A DNA stretch of 61,333 nucleotides, the filler included. It is 9 parts of 9 records of this genome, joined end to end, with 100 filler letters (N's around TTAATTAATTAA, not from the genome) between each part and the next. Parts side by side here need not be neighbours in the genome. Positions count along the whole stretch, not along the records: positions 1 to 13,073 come from SRR20825010_5651; 8 more parts are not named here. One strand, given 5' to 3'. A model generated the notes under the pieces. It did not search any database. It saw nothing but the letters and a program-made list of their open reading frames with translations, and was not told the origin of the DNA. A program made the translations under genes and the position numbers. Within the stretch, counting starts at the first letter, position 1; each line of letters begins with the position of its first letter. This document shows, one piece after another, positions 1-10,208 of the stretch.

Positions 1-2
1 CC

Positions 3-611
3 ATCGGACTGATCGGCATCGCCATCAGCTTCACCCTTGGCATTATTCTGGGCGGTATTTCCGGTTATTATGGCGGCTGGATTGACAATGTCATCCAGCG
101 AACGATCGAGCTCCTGAAATCCCTGCCGCAGCTCCCGCTCTGGCTCGCGCTTTCGGCGGCGCTTCCCGTGACATGGTCGCCGATCCTTGTCTTCTTCGGG
201 CTGACGGTAATTCTCGGGCTCCTCGACTGGCCGGGACTTGCACGTGCCGTGCGATCGAAATTCCTCTCGCTCCGGGAGGAGGATTTCTGCACCGCCGCGC
301 AGTTGATGGGCGCCAAGCCTAAGCGGATTATCGGTCGGCACCTGCTGCCGTCGTTCGCGAGCCATCTGATCGCCAGCGCCAGTCTCGCGATCCCGAGCAT
401 GATATTGGGGGAGACGGCGCTCTCCTTCCTCGGGTTGGGATTGCGCCCGCCGATCACCTCCTGGGGGGTATTGCTGAACGAGACAACCAATATCAACGCG
501 GTAGCGACGACGCCTTGGCTGATCTATCCGGTACTGCCGGTGATTATTGTGGTGTTGGCGTTTAACTTCCTGGGCGACGGCCTGCGCGACGCGGCGGACC
601 CGTATAAGTAG
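3..611 (+). CDS. Peptide/nickel ABC transporter permease (DppC/OppC type), 5'-truncated
   Basis: Frame is open from the window start; EAA-like loop 'FCTAAQLMGA', 'ETALSFLGLG' and C-terminal 'FNFLGDGLRDAADP'. Confidence 0.9.
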   Translation: MGLIGIAISFTLGIILGGISGYYGGWIDNVIQRTIELLKSLPQLPLWLALSAALPVTWSPILVFFGLTVILGLLDWPGLARAVRSKFLSLREEDFCTAAQLMGAKPKRIIGRHLLPSFASHLIASASLAIPSMILGETALSFLGLGLRPPITSWGVLLNETTNINAVATTPWLIYPVLPVIIVVLAFNFLGDGLRDAADPYK

Positions 612-614
612 GTC

Positions 615-1973
615 TCAGGGACGGAAAATGGCGAGATCGACGGTCCCCTTGATGCCGTCAACGGCCCGCCCTTCCCGAATTTCCAAGCTAGCCTTGGACG
701 TATAGCCCTGCGCGCGGGCGAGTTCCAGCGCGTCCCTTGTGGTGACGCCAGTGGCCTGCTCATCTTTTGCATGCTTGTCGAGCTTGGCGGCGAGATTGAC
801 CGGCTCCCCAATCACCGTGTACTCAAGCCGGCTGCTGTCCCCGACCGCGCCGAACACAATCGCGCCAACAGCGGAGACAAAACGGACAGTCATCGGGTCT
901 TTTCCGTCCGCTTCCCGGTCCTTTGACCAAGCTACCGATTCTTTGCTCAGATCCTCCATTGCACGGAGGCAATCGGCTGCGTAATGCTCCGTCGGGACCG
1001 CCGCGCCGAAGGTCGCTAGGATGCCGTCGCCGAGGAACTTGTCGATGGTGCCGCCATGCTTCTGGATTACGGGCACCATGCGGGATTGATATTCCGCCAG
1101 CAGCGAAATCACCTCATTCGCGGGCCGCTCCATGGAGAGCTTGGTAAAGCCCTGCAGATCGCAATGCAGGATTGCCGCCTGACGACTTTCGCCGGTGCCG
1201 GGCTCGATCCAGCTTTCTGAATGGGTAATCTGCGCCGCGATCTCCGGTGAGAAGAAGCGCGAGAGATCCTCTGCTGCGGTTGCCTGCGCCACGGAATGGA
1301 TCAGTAGCCGCCGCGCCCGCACAATGACCAGTGCGAGGATGAGGGTGACCACGATAATGCTGATGACCTTGTCAAACTCCGCGCCGAGCAGGATTTTATG
1401 CGACATGGTGAATTCAACGTAATCGCGGGTGATCTGCGCCATGCCGCCGTCAATATGGACGGCATATCCCAACAGGATAAGCCAGCCAATCGCCGCCGAC
1501 GCTCCCGCGAGCAGAACATAGGTCGCCTCGAACCGAAGGGCGCGAAGAGCGATAAAGATAAAGACATAGAGCAGGGTCGGTGCCTTCAGATAGAAGGATG
1601 GCGGCTGTTCATACTGGATATGAAAACTCCAGATCAGGAACATCAAAAGCGCCATATCGGCGATGACAGAGAGACTGATAAACCACCACGGCATCCTGCC
1701 GAAATAGGCGAGCAGCAGGCGAAGCGCCGTAAACAGCCCGTAGATCATAAGCGCATACGGCACAGGTGCGAACATGACATCGGCGGCGAAGGTCTTTGGC
1801 GAGAGGGCATAGAGGGTGGAGAAGGTAATGACGATAAACACCTGCACCCAGGCGATCAGGATTTCCGACTGGCTCTGCTGGCGCGTGATGGCATCCTGCA
1901 CCCGCGCGGGCAATTTCCCGTCGATTGCTTCGCCCAGAATGGCTTTTTTAATGCTTGTCCACATTCCCGTCAT
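615..1973 (-). CDS. Membrane-anchored class III adenylate/guanylate cyclase
   Basis: Several hydrophobic helices, then 'ILHCDLQGFT', 'DKFLGDG' and 'TVIGEPVNLAAKL'. Confidence 0.88.
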   Translation of the reverse strand: MTGMWTSIKKAILGEAIDGKLPARVQDAITRQQSQSEILIAWVQVFIVITFSTLYALSPKTFAADVMFAPVPYALMIYGLFTALRLLLAYFGRMPWWFISLSVIADMALLMFLIWSFHIQYEQPPSFYLKAPTLLYVFIFIALRALRFEATYVLLAGASAAIGWLILLGYAVHIDGGMAQITRDYVEFTMSHKILLGAEFDKVISIIVVTLILALVIVRARRLLIHSVAQATAAEDLSRFFSPEIAAQITHSESWIEPGTGESRQAAILHCDLQGFTKLSMERPANEVISLLAEYQSRMVPVIQKHGGTIDKFLGDGILATFGAAVPTEHYAADCLRAMEDLSKESVAWSKDREADGKDPMTVRFVSAVGAIVFGAVGDSSRLEYTVIGEPVNLAAKLDKHAKDEQATGVTTRDALELARAQGYTSKASLEIREGRAVDGIKGTVDLAIFRP

Positions 1974-2016
1974 ATGCGCTCGTTCTCGGTAACATAGAAA
2001 GCACAACCCTTCATTT

Positions 2017-2862
2017 TTAAGTGATCACCCGCTTTTTCAGCCACAGGCTTGTCTCCACTGCGCCGTCCGGGATCGACAAATCCTTGATCACAGACTGCGC
2101 CAATGCCGCCTTCATCCGGCTTGTGACATAGGCGCTTGAAAACAGGAGATCATAACCGCCACCAAGAAAAAGAAGGGCGGCGAGTTGCTGTTCGTTATAC
2201 CCGCGCCAGTCCCAGCTCTCTGGATAGTCATCAGGCAGGAAAATATCATGGATATGGATCATCACGCCCGGCGGCAGGGATGGCAAGATGTCCAGAAACA
2301 GGCGGTCAACATCACTTCCCGGCATGGCAATATGGCTGCTGTCTATAAACAGAATATCGCCTGCGGAAAGTCTGATGAAGGGGCTGCTCCCCGCCTCCTG
2401 CAGGGTTTTGTGGATCACCTGGATAGGCAGGGTTTCGATGGCGGCGCGCGGGGCCGGGTCGATGGCCGTGAATTCCGTTGAAAGGGCCCCATCCTTGATG
2501 GCCCGCGCCATAAAGCGGGTGGAATGGCCCGACCCGATCTCAACAATGCGTGTGGGTTTCTTCTCACGCACCATCGCGTAGGCGATTGCCGCGTCCAGCC
2601 GGGGAAACCAGTCCTGCTCAAAACGGGGTTCAGGTGGTGGCAGGGTGCCGAAATTTTCGAACGCGTCTTGGTAGGTGGCAAGCGTCTTCAACCACTTCGC
2701 AAATTCTTCTTCTTGCGACGCCATGAATTTTTCAATGGCGGGATAGGGTTCGCGCTCCGTCGCATCGGGGAGGCTCGCAGCATAGCGATAGGGAATAAAG
2801 AACCCCTCCTTCTTCAGGCCGAGGACGGTGTTGAGGCCCATGTGCAGGCGGCGCATATTCAT
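2017..2862 (-). CDS. Class I SAM-dependent methyltransferase (Methyltransf_24-like)
   Basis: 'IVEIGSGHST', 'LFIDSSH' and 'IHIHDIFLP' motifs. Confidence 0.8.
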   Translation of the reverse strand: MNMRRLHMGLNTVLGLKKEGFFIPYRYAASLPDATEREPYPAIEKFMASQEEEFAKWLKTLATYQDAFENFGTLPPPEPRFEQDWFPRLDAAIAYAMVREKKPTRIVEIGSGHSTRFMARAIKDGALSTEFTAIDPAPRAAIETLPIQVIHKTLQEAGSSPFIRLSAGDILFIDSSHIAMPGSDVDRLFLDILPSLPPGVMIHIHDIFLPDDYPESWDWRGYNEQQLAALLFLGGGYDLLFSSAYVTSRMKAALAQSVIKDLSIPDGAVETSLWLKKRVIT

Positions 2863-2969
2863 GAGAGGACTTTTCGAAAAACGGGCATTGGATTATTTTG
2901 CATGGCGTGGCGGCGGCAATCTCTTTATGGTCGGGCTCAACTCAAGAAAAGCAAAAAAGGAAACTGATA

Positions 2970-3725
2970 ATGGGCGCATCTTTTCATATCACCGTTGAAA
3001 ATACCACTCTTAGAGTGCGCCTTGACAATCCGGCGCAGCATAACAAGCTCTCACCCGCGACCATGAAGGCGCTCCGGGAGGGGCTGAGTGAGAAAGCGGA
3101 GGACACATCGCTGAGGGTAATGGTACTGACCGGCACGGGGAAAAGCTTTTGTGCGGGCGCTGATCTGGGCGAGCTTGGCCGCTACAATTTCGATGAAAAC
3201 CCGCTAGAACAGTTGACCGATGTGGTCGAGCGGCTACCCTTTCCGACGATCTGTGCCTTGAACGGCGGGGTTTATGGCGGCGGGGCTGATCTTGCCCTTT
3301 CCTGCGATTTTCGGATCGGGATCACGACGATGAGTTCCTTTATTCCGCCGGCACGGATCGGCATTCACTATCCGCCTGTGGGTCTCGCGCGGGCTGTTGC
3401 GCGGCTGGGTCTCGGTCCGGCGAAGCGTTTTTTCCTCGCCTGCGAAAAGATGTCGGCGGAAGAACTGAAGGCAATTGGATTTCTGGATTATCTGGTTACG
3501 CCAGAGGGGCTGGAGGCGCGCACGGAAGCCCTCGTTCAGGATATTGCCGGTCTCGCGCCGCTTTCCTTGCGTGGCATGAAAGAGACCCTCAATGATATTG
3601 CGCGTGGGGAACTTGATGTGGCGAAAGCCCGGGGGTTCCAGCATCAATGCCTGCAATCGGAGGATTTCGCCGAGGGCAAGCAGGCGCTGACGGAGAAACG
3701 CCCCGCCAGCTTTAAGGGAGCCTGA
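2970..3725 (+). CDS. Enoyl-CoA hydratase/isomerase family protein
   Basis: 'SFCAGADL' and 'ALNGGVYGGGADLALSCDFRI' crotonase motifs. Confidence 0.88.
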   Translation: MGASFHITVENTTLRVRLDNPAQHNKLSPATMKALREGLSEKAEDTSLRVMVLTGTGKSFCAGADLGELGRYNFDENPLEQLTDVVERLPFPTICALNGGVYGGGADLALSCDFRIGITTMSSFIPPARIGIHYPPVGLARAVARLGLGPAKRFFLACEKMSAEELKAIGFLDYLVTPEGLEARTEALVQDIAGLAPLSLRGMKETLNDIARGELDVAKARGFQHQCLQSEDFAEGKQALTEKRPASFKGA

Positions 3726-3734
3726 TTCCGGCGG

Positions 3735-5045
3735 TTACAGGATGAATTTGGAAAGATCCATATTCGTTGCCAGTTCACCGAGATGCTCCTCGACATATTC
3801 CTTGTCGATATTGATGACGGTGCCGCCCTTGTCGGACGCCTGAAAGCTGATTTCCTCCAGCACCCGCTCCAACACTGTATGCAAGCGGCGGGCGCCGATA
3901 TTCTCGACCGCCGCATTTACATCGGCGGAGATGGTGGCAATGGCTTCAATCGCATCGTCGGTGAAATTAAGATGCACTTCCTCGGTCTCCATCAGGGCGA
4001 CATACTGCTTGATCAGGCTGGCTTCCGGCTCGGTCAGGATGCGCTTGAAATCCTCCTTGGTCAGCGCCCGCAGTTCCACCCGGATCGGCAACCGACCCTG
4101 AAGTTCGGGCAGTAAATCCGACGGCTTGGCGATATGGAAGGCGCCAGAGGCGACAAACAAAATATGATCTGTGCGCACTGTGCCGTATTTCGTGCTGACG
4201 ATCGTGCCTTCGATGAGCGGGAGAAGATCGCGTTGCACGCCTTCGCGGCTGATATCCGCGCCCTGGCGGTCGCTGCGTGCGCAGATCTTGTCGATCTCAT
4301 CAAGGAAGACGATGCCATTATTTTCAACCAGCTTGATAGCATCGCGGACGACCGCGTCCTCATCGAGCAGCTTGTCGCTTTCTTCGTCAATGAGAACCTT
4401 GTAACTGTCTTTCACCGGCATCTTGCGGGGCTTTGTACGCGGCCCGCCAAGCTTGCCGAGCATGTCATTGAGATTGAGCATGCCCATTTGCGCGCCCGGC
4501 ATTCCCGGAATATCAAAGGTCGGCATGCCGCCACTTCCGGTATCGAGCAATTCAAGCTCGACTTCCTTGTCGTCAAGCTCGCCCTCGCGCAGCATCTTGC
4601 GGAACTTCTGCCGTGTATCGGGGGAGGCCTTATCGCCGACCAGCGCATCAAGAACCCGCTCTTCGGCGGCGAGTTCCGCCTTGGCGACGACTTGCTTGCG
4701 TTGGTCCTCTCGCACCATGTTAAGCGCGATTTCCATCAGGTCACGGATAATCTGTTCCACGTCGCGGCCGACATAGCCGACCTCGGTAAACTTGGTGGCC
4801 TCAACCTTCAGGAAGGGCGCGTGGGCCAGCTTGGCGAGCCGGCGGGAGATTTCCGTTTTACCAACACCGGTTGGGCCGATCATCAGAATATTTTTCGGCA
4901 GCACCTCTTCGCGCAGGTCTTCGGGTAATTGTTGCCGCCGCCAGCGGTTGCGTAAAGCAATGGCAACGGATTTTTTGGCGTCCGACTGGCCGATGATGAA
5001 GCGGTCCAGTTCATAGACGATTTCCCGAGGAGATAAATTAGTCAT
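3735..5045 (-). CDS. hslU: ATP-dependent protease ATPase subunit HslU
   Basis: '[17 protein letters not shown]', 'FLDEIDKI', 'GVQRDLLP' and 'NIGARRL'; follows hslV. Confidence 0.98.
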   Translation of the reverse strand: MTNLSPREIVYELDRFIIGQSDAKKSVAIALRNRWRRQQLPEDLREEVLPKNILMIGPTGVGKTEISRRLAKLAHAPFLKVEATKFTEVGYVGRDVEQIIRDLMEIALNMVREDQRKQVVAKAELAAEERVLDALVGDKASPDTRQKFRKMLREGELDDKEVELELLDTGSGGMPTFDIPGMPGAQMGMLNLNDMLGKLGGPRTKPRKMPVKDSYKVLIDEESDKLLDEDAVVRDAIKLVENNGIVFLDEIDKICARSDRQGADISREGVQRDLLPLIEGTIVSTKYGTVRTDHILFVASGAFHIAKPSDLLPELQGRLPIRVELRALTKEDFKRILTEPEASLIKQYVALMETEEVHLNFTDDAIEAIATISADVNAAVENIGARRLHTVLERVLEEISFQASDKGGTVINIDKEYVEEHLGELATNMDLSKFIL

Positions 5046-5598
5046 TCTTACCGATACTTTCGATGATAACGCTTTCGTTGGTGTAGACGCAGATCTGGGC
5101 CGCAATCGCCATGGCCTTCTGGGCGATGTCTTTCGCGTCCATATCCTCGCGATCTATCAGCGCCCGGGCTGCGGACAAGGCATAATTGCCGCCCGACCCG
5201 ATGGCGATGATCCCGTCTTCCGGCTCCAGCACGTCGCCGGTCCCAGTCAGGATCAGGGAAACATCCTTGTTGGCGACGGCCATCATGGCCTCCAGCCGCC
5301 GGAGATATTTATCCGTTCGCCAGTCTTTCGCAAGTTCGACGCAGGCGCGGGTCAGGTTGCCCGGGTGCTGTTCCAGCTTGCCTTCCAGACGCTCAAACAG
5401 GGTGAAGGCATCAGCCGTCGCACCGGCAAAGCCGACGATGACGTCATTTTTCGCGCCAATACGGCGGACTTTCCGGGCATTGGACTTGATCACCGTCTGG
5501 CCAAGCGATACCTGACCATCACCGGCAACAACCACGGTTCCATTCTTGCGCACGGACAGGATTGTCGTCCCGTGCCAGCTTTCAATTTTTTCGGACAT
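5038..5598 (-). CDS. hslV: ATP-dependent protease peptidase subunit HslV
   Basis: 'HGTTILSVR' (N-terminal Thr nucleophile), '[12 protein letters not shown]' and 'AIGSGG'. Confidence 0.98.
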   Translation of the reverse strand: MSEKIESWHGTTILSVRKNGTVVVAGDGQVSLGQTVIKSNARKVRRIGAKNDVIVGFAGATADAFTLFERLEGKLEQHPGNLTRACVELAKDWRTDKYLRRLEAMMAVANKDVSLILTGTGDVLEPEDGIIAIGSGGNYALSAARALIDREDMDAKDIAQKAMAIAAQICVYTNESVIIESIGKND

Positions 5599-5631
5599 AG
5601 ATACTCTTCATTTTTTGAACTTGCCCTGACG

Positions 5632-5659
5632 ATGTAACCATTTTGCTGCACGGGTCAAG
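5632..5659 (-). promoter_or_regulatory. Possible RpoH-type heat-shock promoter of hslVU
   Basis: Minus strand reads CTTGAC-N15-GTTACAT, 33 nt upstream of the hslV ATG; only a partial match to the alphaproteobacterial RpoH consensus. Confidence 0.35.
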
Positions 5660-5771
5660 GTGCAAAGGGCTTTGTCCTTGATGATGCATGTATTTTTGCC
5701 AGTACCACCCTTCACAATCAAAGAGGTGAAGCGTCATTCCCCAAGATAAAAGCCCAAAAGAGGAGAGATTG

Positions 5772-6047
5772 ATGGAAACTGTAAGTGATGGAACTGAAGC
5801 AATTGACGATGCTGCTGAGCGCGCCTCGAACCTTCGGGCGATATTCGAGATATTGAGCTATATTCATGCCGACGCGCTGAAAGACAACTACAGGGAGCTC
5901 GCGGATCGCATCGAATTTGCGCTTAATCTTGCCGAAGAAACCATTAAGAACAGCGGGAATGTGGCAACGACCCCTGCGCCGCAGGCGAGCGCACAAATTG
6001 GAACGGCGGCTGCAACGCCGGCAACCAATGGCGATACAATCCAGTAG
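5772..6047 (+). CDS. Small hypothetical protein
   Basis: Strong RBS (AGGAGA) before ATG; fills the hslV-hisB gap; helical core and Ala/Thr/Pro-rich tail. Confidence 0.65.
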   Translation: METVSDGTEAIDDAAERASNLRAIFEILSYIHADALKDNYRELADRIEFALNLAEETIKNSGNVATTPAPQASAQIGTAAATPATNGDTIQ

Positions 6048-6157
6048 CGCGAGCTTTCGTCGCTATCATCGTCTCTAATACTTGGATTTCTGCACCGTTC
6101 CTGCTATATCCTCGCCAGGTAATCACGCGGTAAACGGCTTGGCTGGAAGGAAAATTC

Positions 6158-6757
6158 ATGCGCGTTGGAACGGTGAAGCGGAAAACAAAAGAAACCAGCA
6201 TCGAGGTTGAGCTCAATCTTGATGGTACGGGCGTGTATGATGTCAAGACAGGTATCGGTTTTCTCGATCATATGATGGAGCAGCTTTCCCGCCACAGCCT
6301 GATGGATCTGACGGTGCGCGCGGACGGTGACTTGCATATAGATTTTCACCACACGACGGAAGATACGGGTATCGCGATTGGCGAAGCCTTTGCGAAGGCG
6401 CTTGGCGATCTGAAGGGCATCCGGCGCTATGCCGAGGCGCATATTCCGATGGACGAAACCTTGACGCGGGTGGCGCTTGATATCTCTAACCGGCCTTATC
6501 TGATCTGGAAGGTGGAGTTCAGCCGCGACAAGCTCGGCGAGATGGATACGGAATTGTTCAAGGAATGGTTCCAGGCCTTTGCACAGGCCGCCGGGATCAC
6601 CCTGCATGTCGAAAATCTCTACGGCACCAACAATCATCATATTGTGGAAAGTTGTTTCAAGGCACTGGCGCGATCATTGCGTGACGCTGTAGAAATCGAT
6701 CCACGCCGCGCCGACGCGGTCCCTTCCACCAAGGGCGTGCTGGGCGGTAGCCTCTAG
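6158..6757 (+). CDS. hisB: Imidazoleglycerol-phosphate dehydratase
   Basis: 'DFHHTTED' and 'NNHHIVES' metal motifs. Confidence 0.98.
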   Translation: MRVGTVKRKTKETSIEVELNLDGTGVYDVKTGIGFLDHMMEQLSRHSLMDLTVRADGDLHIDFHHTTEDTGIAIGEAFAKALGDLKGIRRYAEAHIPMDETLTRVALDISNRPYLIWKVEFSRDKLGEMDTELFKEWFQAFAQAAGITLHVENLYGTNNHHIVESCFKALARSLRDAVEIDPRRADAVPSTKGVLGGSL

Positions 6758-6797
6758 TTTTGAACCACCGCGCCTGCGCGGGAGAAATTGTACCGGA

Positions 6798-7439
6798 ATG
6801 GAAACAGTAATCATTGATTATGGCTCGGGGAACCTCCGCTCCGCCGCGAAGGCGTTTGAGCGCGCCTGCCGTGAAAGTAATCTTTCCATGAAGATCAATG
6901 TCACCAGCGATGCAGCGGAGGTAGCGGCCGCGGATCGGATTGTCTTGCCGGGCGTCGGGGCGTTCCGGGCCTGCAAGAATGGCCTCCTTGCTCTTGATGG
7001 CATGGTGGAAGCGCTGCAGGAGGCGGTCATTGACAAGGGCCGCCCTTTTTTTGGTATTTGCGTCGGGATGCAGCTCATGGCGAGCCGGGGGATTGAGCAT
7101 GGCACGACGGAGGGGCTTGGCTGGATTGCGGGGGATGTCGTAAAGTTGACCCCGAAGGATCCGGGGTTGAAAATCCCGCATATGGGCTGGAACGAGCTGC
7201 AGATTAAGGCGACCCATCCGCTTTTTGATGGGGTCGAAAACGATCAACATGCGTATTTCGTGCATAGCTATCATTTGGCGGCGCGCGATCCGGCCCATAT
7301 TCTGGCGACCGTCGATTATAGCGGTCCGATCACGGCGATTGTCGGTCGGGACAATATGATCGGTACACAATTTCATCCGGAAAAAAGCCAGGAGACGGGC
7401 CTCCGGCTGATCGCGAATTTTTTACGATGGAGCCCTTAG
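6798..7439 (+). CDS. hisH: Imidazole glycerol phosphate synthase, glutaminase subunit
   Basis: 'IDYGSGNL', 'GICVGMQL', 'PHMGWN' and 'QFHPEKS'. Confidence 0.98.
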   Translation: METVIIDYGSGNLRSAAKAFERACRESNLSMKINVTSDAAEVAAADRIVLPGVGAFRACKNGLLALDGMVEALQEAVIDKGRPFFGICVGMQLMASRGIEHGTTEGLGWIAGDVVKLTPKDPGLKIPHMGWNELQIKATHPLFDGVENDQHAYFVHSYHLAARDPAHILATVDYSGPITAIVGRDNMIGTQFHPEKSQETGLRLIANFLRWSP

Positions 7440-7440
7440 C

Positions 7441-8013
7441 ATGGTGGATAAAATCAGACATATCCAGCAGCCGGTGATTGAAGCAATCAAGGAATTCGAT
7501 CAGGCGGATATGGACGATCTGTGCGAAGCGGCGGAGGAGGCCATTCTCGATGGGAACGGGTTTGGCTGGTTGACACCGCCGCGCCGTATCGTGCAGGAAA
7601 ATTTCTGGAAGGGCGTGTTGATGGTGCCAGTACGGGAGCTTTACTGCGCCCGTTTTGAAGGACGGATCGTTGGCTCCGGCCAGCTATTGAAACCTTTTTC
7701 CAATAATGAGGCCGGGGCCCATATCGGCCAGGTGGCCACCTTTTTTATCGCGCCTTATGCACGCGGTCATGGCCTTGCCATCGGCCTTCTCGCCGTGATT
7801 GAGAACAGCGCAAAAGAGCAAGGCATCAAGATCCTTGAAGTGGATGTACGCGAAACCCAGACGGCGGCTATCGCGCTGCTGGAAGGGAATGGTTATGAGA
7901 AATGGGCAACTAAATCGAACTATGCCTGGAATGGCGAACGATATGTCGATGGATTCTACTATAAAAAAGAACTGGCGGAGCTAAAGCGCGATGAATCTCT
8001 ATCCGGCAATTGA
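7441..8013 (+). CDS. GNAT family N-acetyltransferase
   Basis: '[12 protein letters not shown]' acetyl-CoA loop; abuts hisH and overlaps the hisA start. Confidence 0.85.
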   Translation: MVDKIRHIQQPVIEAIKEFDQADMDDLCEAAEEAILDGNGFGWLTPPRRIVQENFWKGVLMVPVRELYCARFEGRIVGSGQLLKPFSNNEAGAHIGQVATFFIAPYARGHGLAIGLLAVIENSAKEQGIKILEVDVRETQTAAIALLEGNGYEKWATKSNYAWNGERYVDGFYYKKELAELKRDESLSGN

Positions 8014-8725
8014 TCTGAAGGACGGCAACTGCGTCCGTCTGCTTCGCGGGGAAATGGACGCGGCGACGGTCTTCAACACTGATCCGGCGGATCAGGCGCT
8101 CGCGTTTAAAAAGGCCGGGTTCGAACGGCTGCATCTTGTTGACCTGAATGGCGCGTTTGAAGGCAAGCCGGTCAATGCGGAGGCGGTTGAGAAAATCATC
8201 ACGGCAACCGATGTACCGGCGCAGCTTGGCGGCGGCATTCGCGATCTGGCGACCATTGAAATGTGGCTCAGCAAGGGGTTGAGCCGGGTTATTCTCGGCA
8301 CCATTGCCCTTCGTGATCCGGCGCTGGTGAAGGAAGCCTGCAAAAAGTTCCCGGGGCATATCGCCGTCGGGATTGATGCGCGCGGGGGCATGGTCGCGGT
8401 GGAGGGCTGGGCGGAAACAAGCGAAACTTCCGCCCTTGATCTCGCCCGGAAATTTGAAGATGCGGGCGTGGAAGCTATCATCTATACGGACATCGACCGT
8501 GATGGCGCGCTGCAGGGCGTGAATGTCGAGGCAACGCGCGATCTGGCGGCGGCAATTTCCATTCCGGTGATTGCCTCGGGCGGCGTGGCCTCCATTGTCG
8601 ATATTGAAAACCTCCTCGCGGTGCAGGCAAGTGGAATCGAAGGGGTTATCATCGGCCGCGCGCTCTATGACGGGCGGATTGATCCGGCCGCGGCGCTTGA
8701 TCTGGTGAGGCGCGAAAATGCTTAA
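7991..8725 (+). CDS. hisA: ProFAR isomerase
   Basis: '[14 protein letters not shown]', 'QLGGGIR' and 'TDIDRDG'. Confidence 0.98.
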   Translation: MNLYPAIDLKDGNCVRLLRGEMDAATVFNTDPADQALAFKKAGFERLHLVDLNGAFEGKPVNAEAVEKIITATDVPAQLGGGIRDLATIEMWLSKGLSRVILGTIALRDPALVKEACKKFPGHIAVGIDARGGMVAVEGWAETSETSALDLARKFEDAGVEAIIYTDIDRDGALQGVNVEATRDLAAAISIPVIASGGVASIVDIENLLAVQASGIEGVIIGRALYDGRIDPAAALDLVRRENA

Positions 8726-9491
8726 AGCCCGCGTTATTCCCTGTCTCGATGTGAAGGACGGTCGCGTCGTCAAGGGCGTCAATTTTGTTGACCTGATCGA
8801 TGCAGGCGATCCCGTTGAGCAAGCGCAGATTTATGACGCGCAAGGGGCGGATGAGCTGTGCTTCCTCGACATCACTGCCACATCTGACAACCGCGATACG
8901 ATCTATGATGTAGTGCGGCGGACGGCGGAACATTGCTTTATGCCGCTCACCGTCGGTGGTGGCGTCCGGCAGGTAGAGGATGTCCGCAAGCTCCTGTTGG
9001 CGGGCGCAGATAAAGTGTCGATCAACAGTGCGGCGGTCAAGCGACCGGACTTTGTGCGCGAAGCGGCGGAGCAGTTCGGCAGCCAGTGTATCGTTGTCGC
9101 TATCGACGCCAAGCAGACCGGCCCCGACAAGTTTGAGATTTTCACCCATGGCGGCCGGGAGCCGACGGGCATTGATGCTGTGGCGTGGGCCAAACAGATG
9201 ACGGACTATGGCGCGGGTGAAATCTTGCTGACCTCAATGGATCGGGATGGCACGCGATCGGGCTTTAATATTCCGCTGACGCGAGCGGTGGCGGATGCCA
9301 TTCCGGTTCCGGTTATTGCATCGGGCGGTGTGGGCACCCTCGATCATCTGGCGGAGGGTATCCGCGACGGCCATGCGACGGCGGTTCTCGCGGCGTCGAT
9401 CTTTCATTTTGGCGAATTTACGATCAGAGAGGCGAAAGAGGCGATGCGGGATGCCGGCATTGCGATTCGCCTGGAAGAGGAGGCGGCATGA
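8718..9491 (+). CDS. hisF: Imidazole glycerol phosphate synthase, cyclase subunit
   Basis: '[16 protein letters not shown]', 'GADEL' and 'TSMDRDG'. Confidence 0.98.
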   Translation: MLKARVIPCLDVKDGRVVKGVNFVDLIDAGDPVEQAQIYDAQGADELCFLDITATSDNRDTIYDVVRRTAEHCFMPLTVGGGVRQVEDVRKLLLAGADKVSINSAAVKRPDFVREAAEQFGSQCIVVAIDAKQTGPDKFEIFTHGGREPTGIDAVAWAKQMTDYGAGEILLTSMDRDGTRSGFNIPLTRAVADAIPVPVIASGGVGTLDHLAEGIRDGHATAVLAASIFHFGEFTIREAKEAMRDAGIAIRLEEEAA

Positions 9492-9829
9492 GCGATAAAG
9501 AACTTTCCGGGCTAGACCGATTATATGCGACGGTTGCGGCGCGCAAAGGAAGCGATCCGACAAGCTCCTATACCGCCAAGCTCTACACGAAGGGCAGCGC
9601 CAAGATTGCCCAGAAGGTGGGGGAAGAGGCGGTCGAGCTTGCCATCGCGGCGGCGCTTGAGGATCGCGAGGAGATTATCTCGGAGAGCGCGGATCTTCTC
9701 TATCATCTATCTGTACTTTGGGCGAACGCCGGCATTGACCTCGCTGATATCTATGCCAAATTAGAGGCGCGTGAAGGGCAGTCCGGTCTGGCGGAGAAGG
9801 CGGCGCGAAAAACCGATGGAGAGAAATAG
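9488..9829 (+). CDS. hisE: Phosphoribosyl-ATP diphosphatase
   Basis: 'SYTAKL', 'KVGEEAVE' and 'ESADLLYH'. Confidence 0.97.
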   Translation: MSDKELSGLDRLYATVAARKGSDPTSSYTAKLYTKGSAKIAQKVGEEAVELAIAAALEDREEIISESADLLYHLSVLWANAGIDLADIYAKLEAREGQSGLAEKAARKTDGEK

Positions 9830-9830
9830 A

Positions 9831-10208
9831 ATGGCGTATGATAACGACAATATATTTGCCAAAATCCTGAGAGGCGAACTTCCCAACACCACCGTTTATG
9901 AGGATGAAAGCATTCTCGCGTTCAACGATATCGCCCCCAGAACGCCGATCCATGTACTGGTCATTCCGAAGCGCCCTTACATCGATATGGATGATTTCGT
10001 GATTAATGGCTCACCGGAGGAAGTCAGCAATTTCTTCGCCAAGGTTGTCGAGATTACGCATCAGCTTGGCCTGCGTGAGGATGGCTACCGCCTGGTCGCC
10101 AATACGGGCAAGAATTCCGGCCAACTGGTGCCGCATTTTCATATTCACATCATGTCCGGCAAGCCTCTCGGTGAAGCAGGCATGACCGAAGGCATGTCCG
10201 GCGACTGA
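9831..10208 (+). CDS. Histidine triad (HIT) nucleotide-binding protein
   Basis: 'NIFAKIL' and 'VPHFHIHI' triad. Confidence 0.95.
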   Translation: MAYDNDNIFAKILRGELPNTTVYEDESILAFNDIAPRTPIHVLVIPKRPYIDMDDFVINGSPEEVSNFFAKVVEITHQLGLREDGYRLVANTGKNSGQLVPHFHIHIMSGKPLGEAGMTEGMSGD

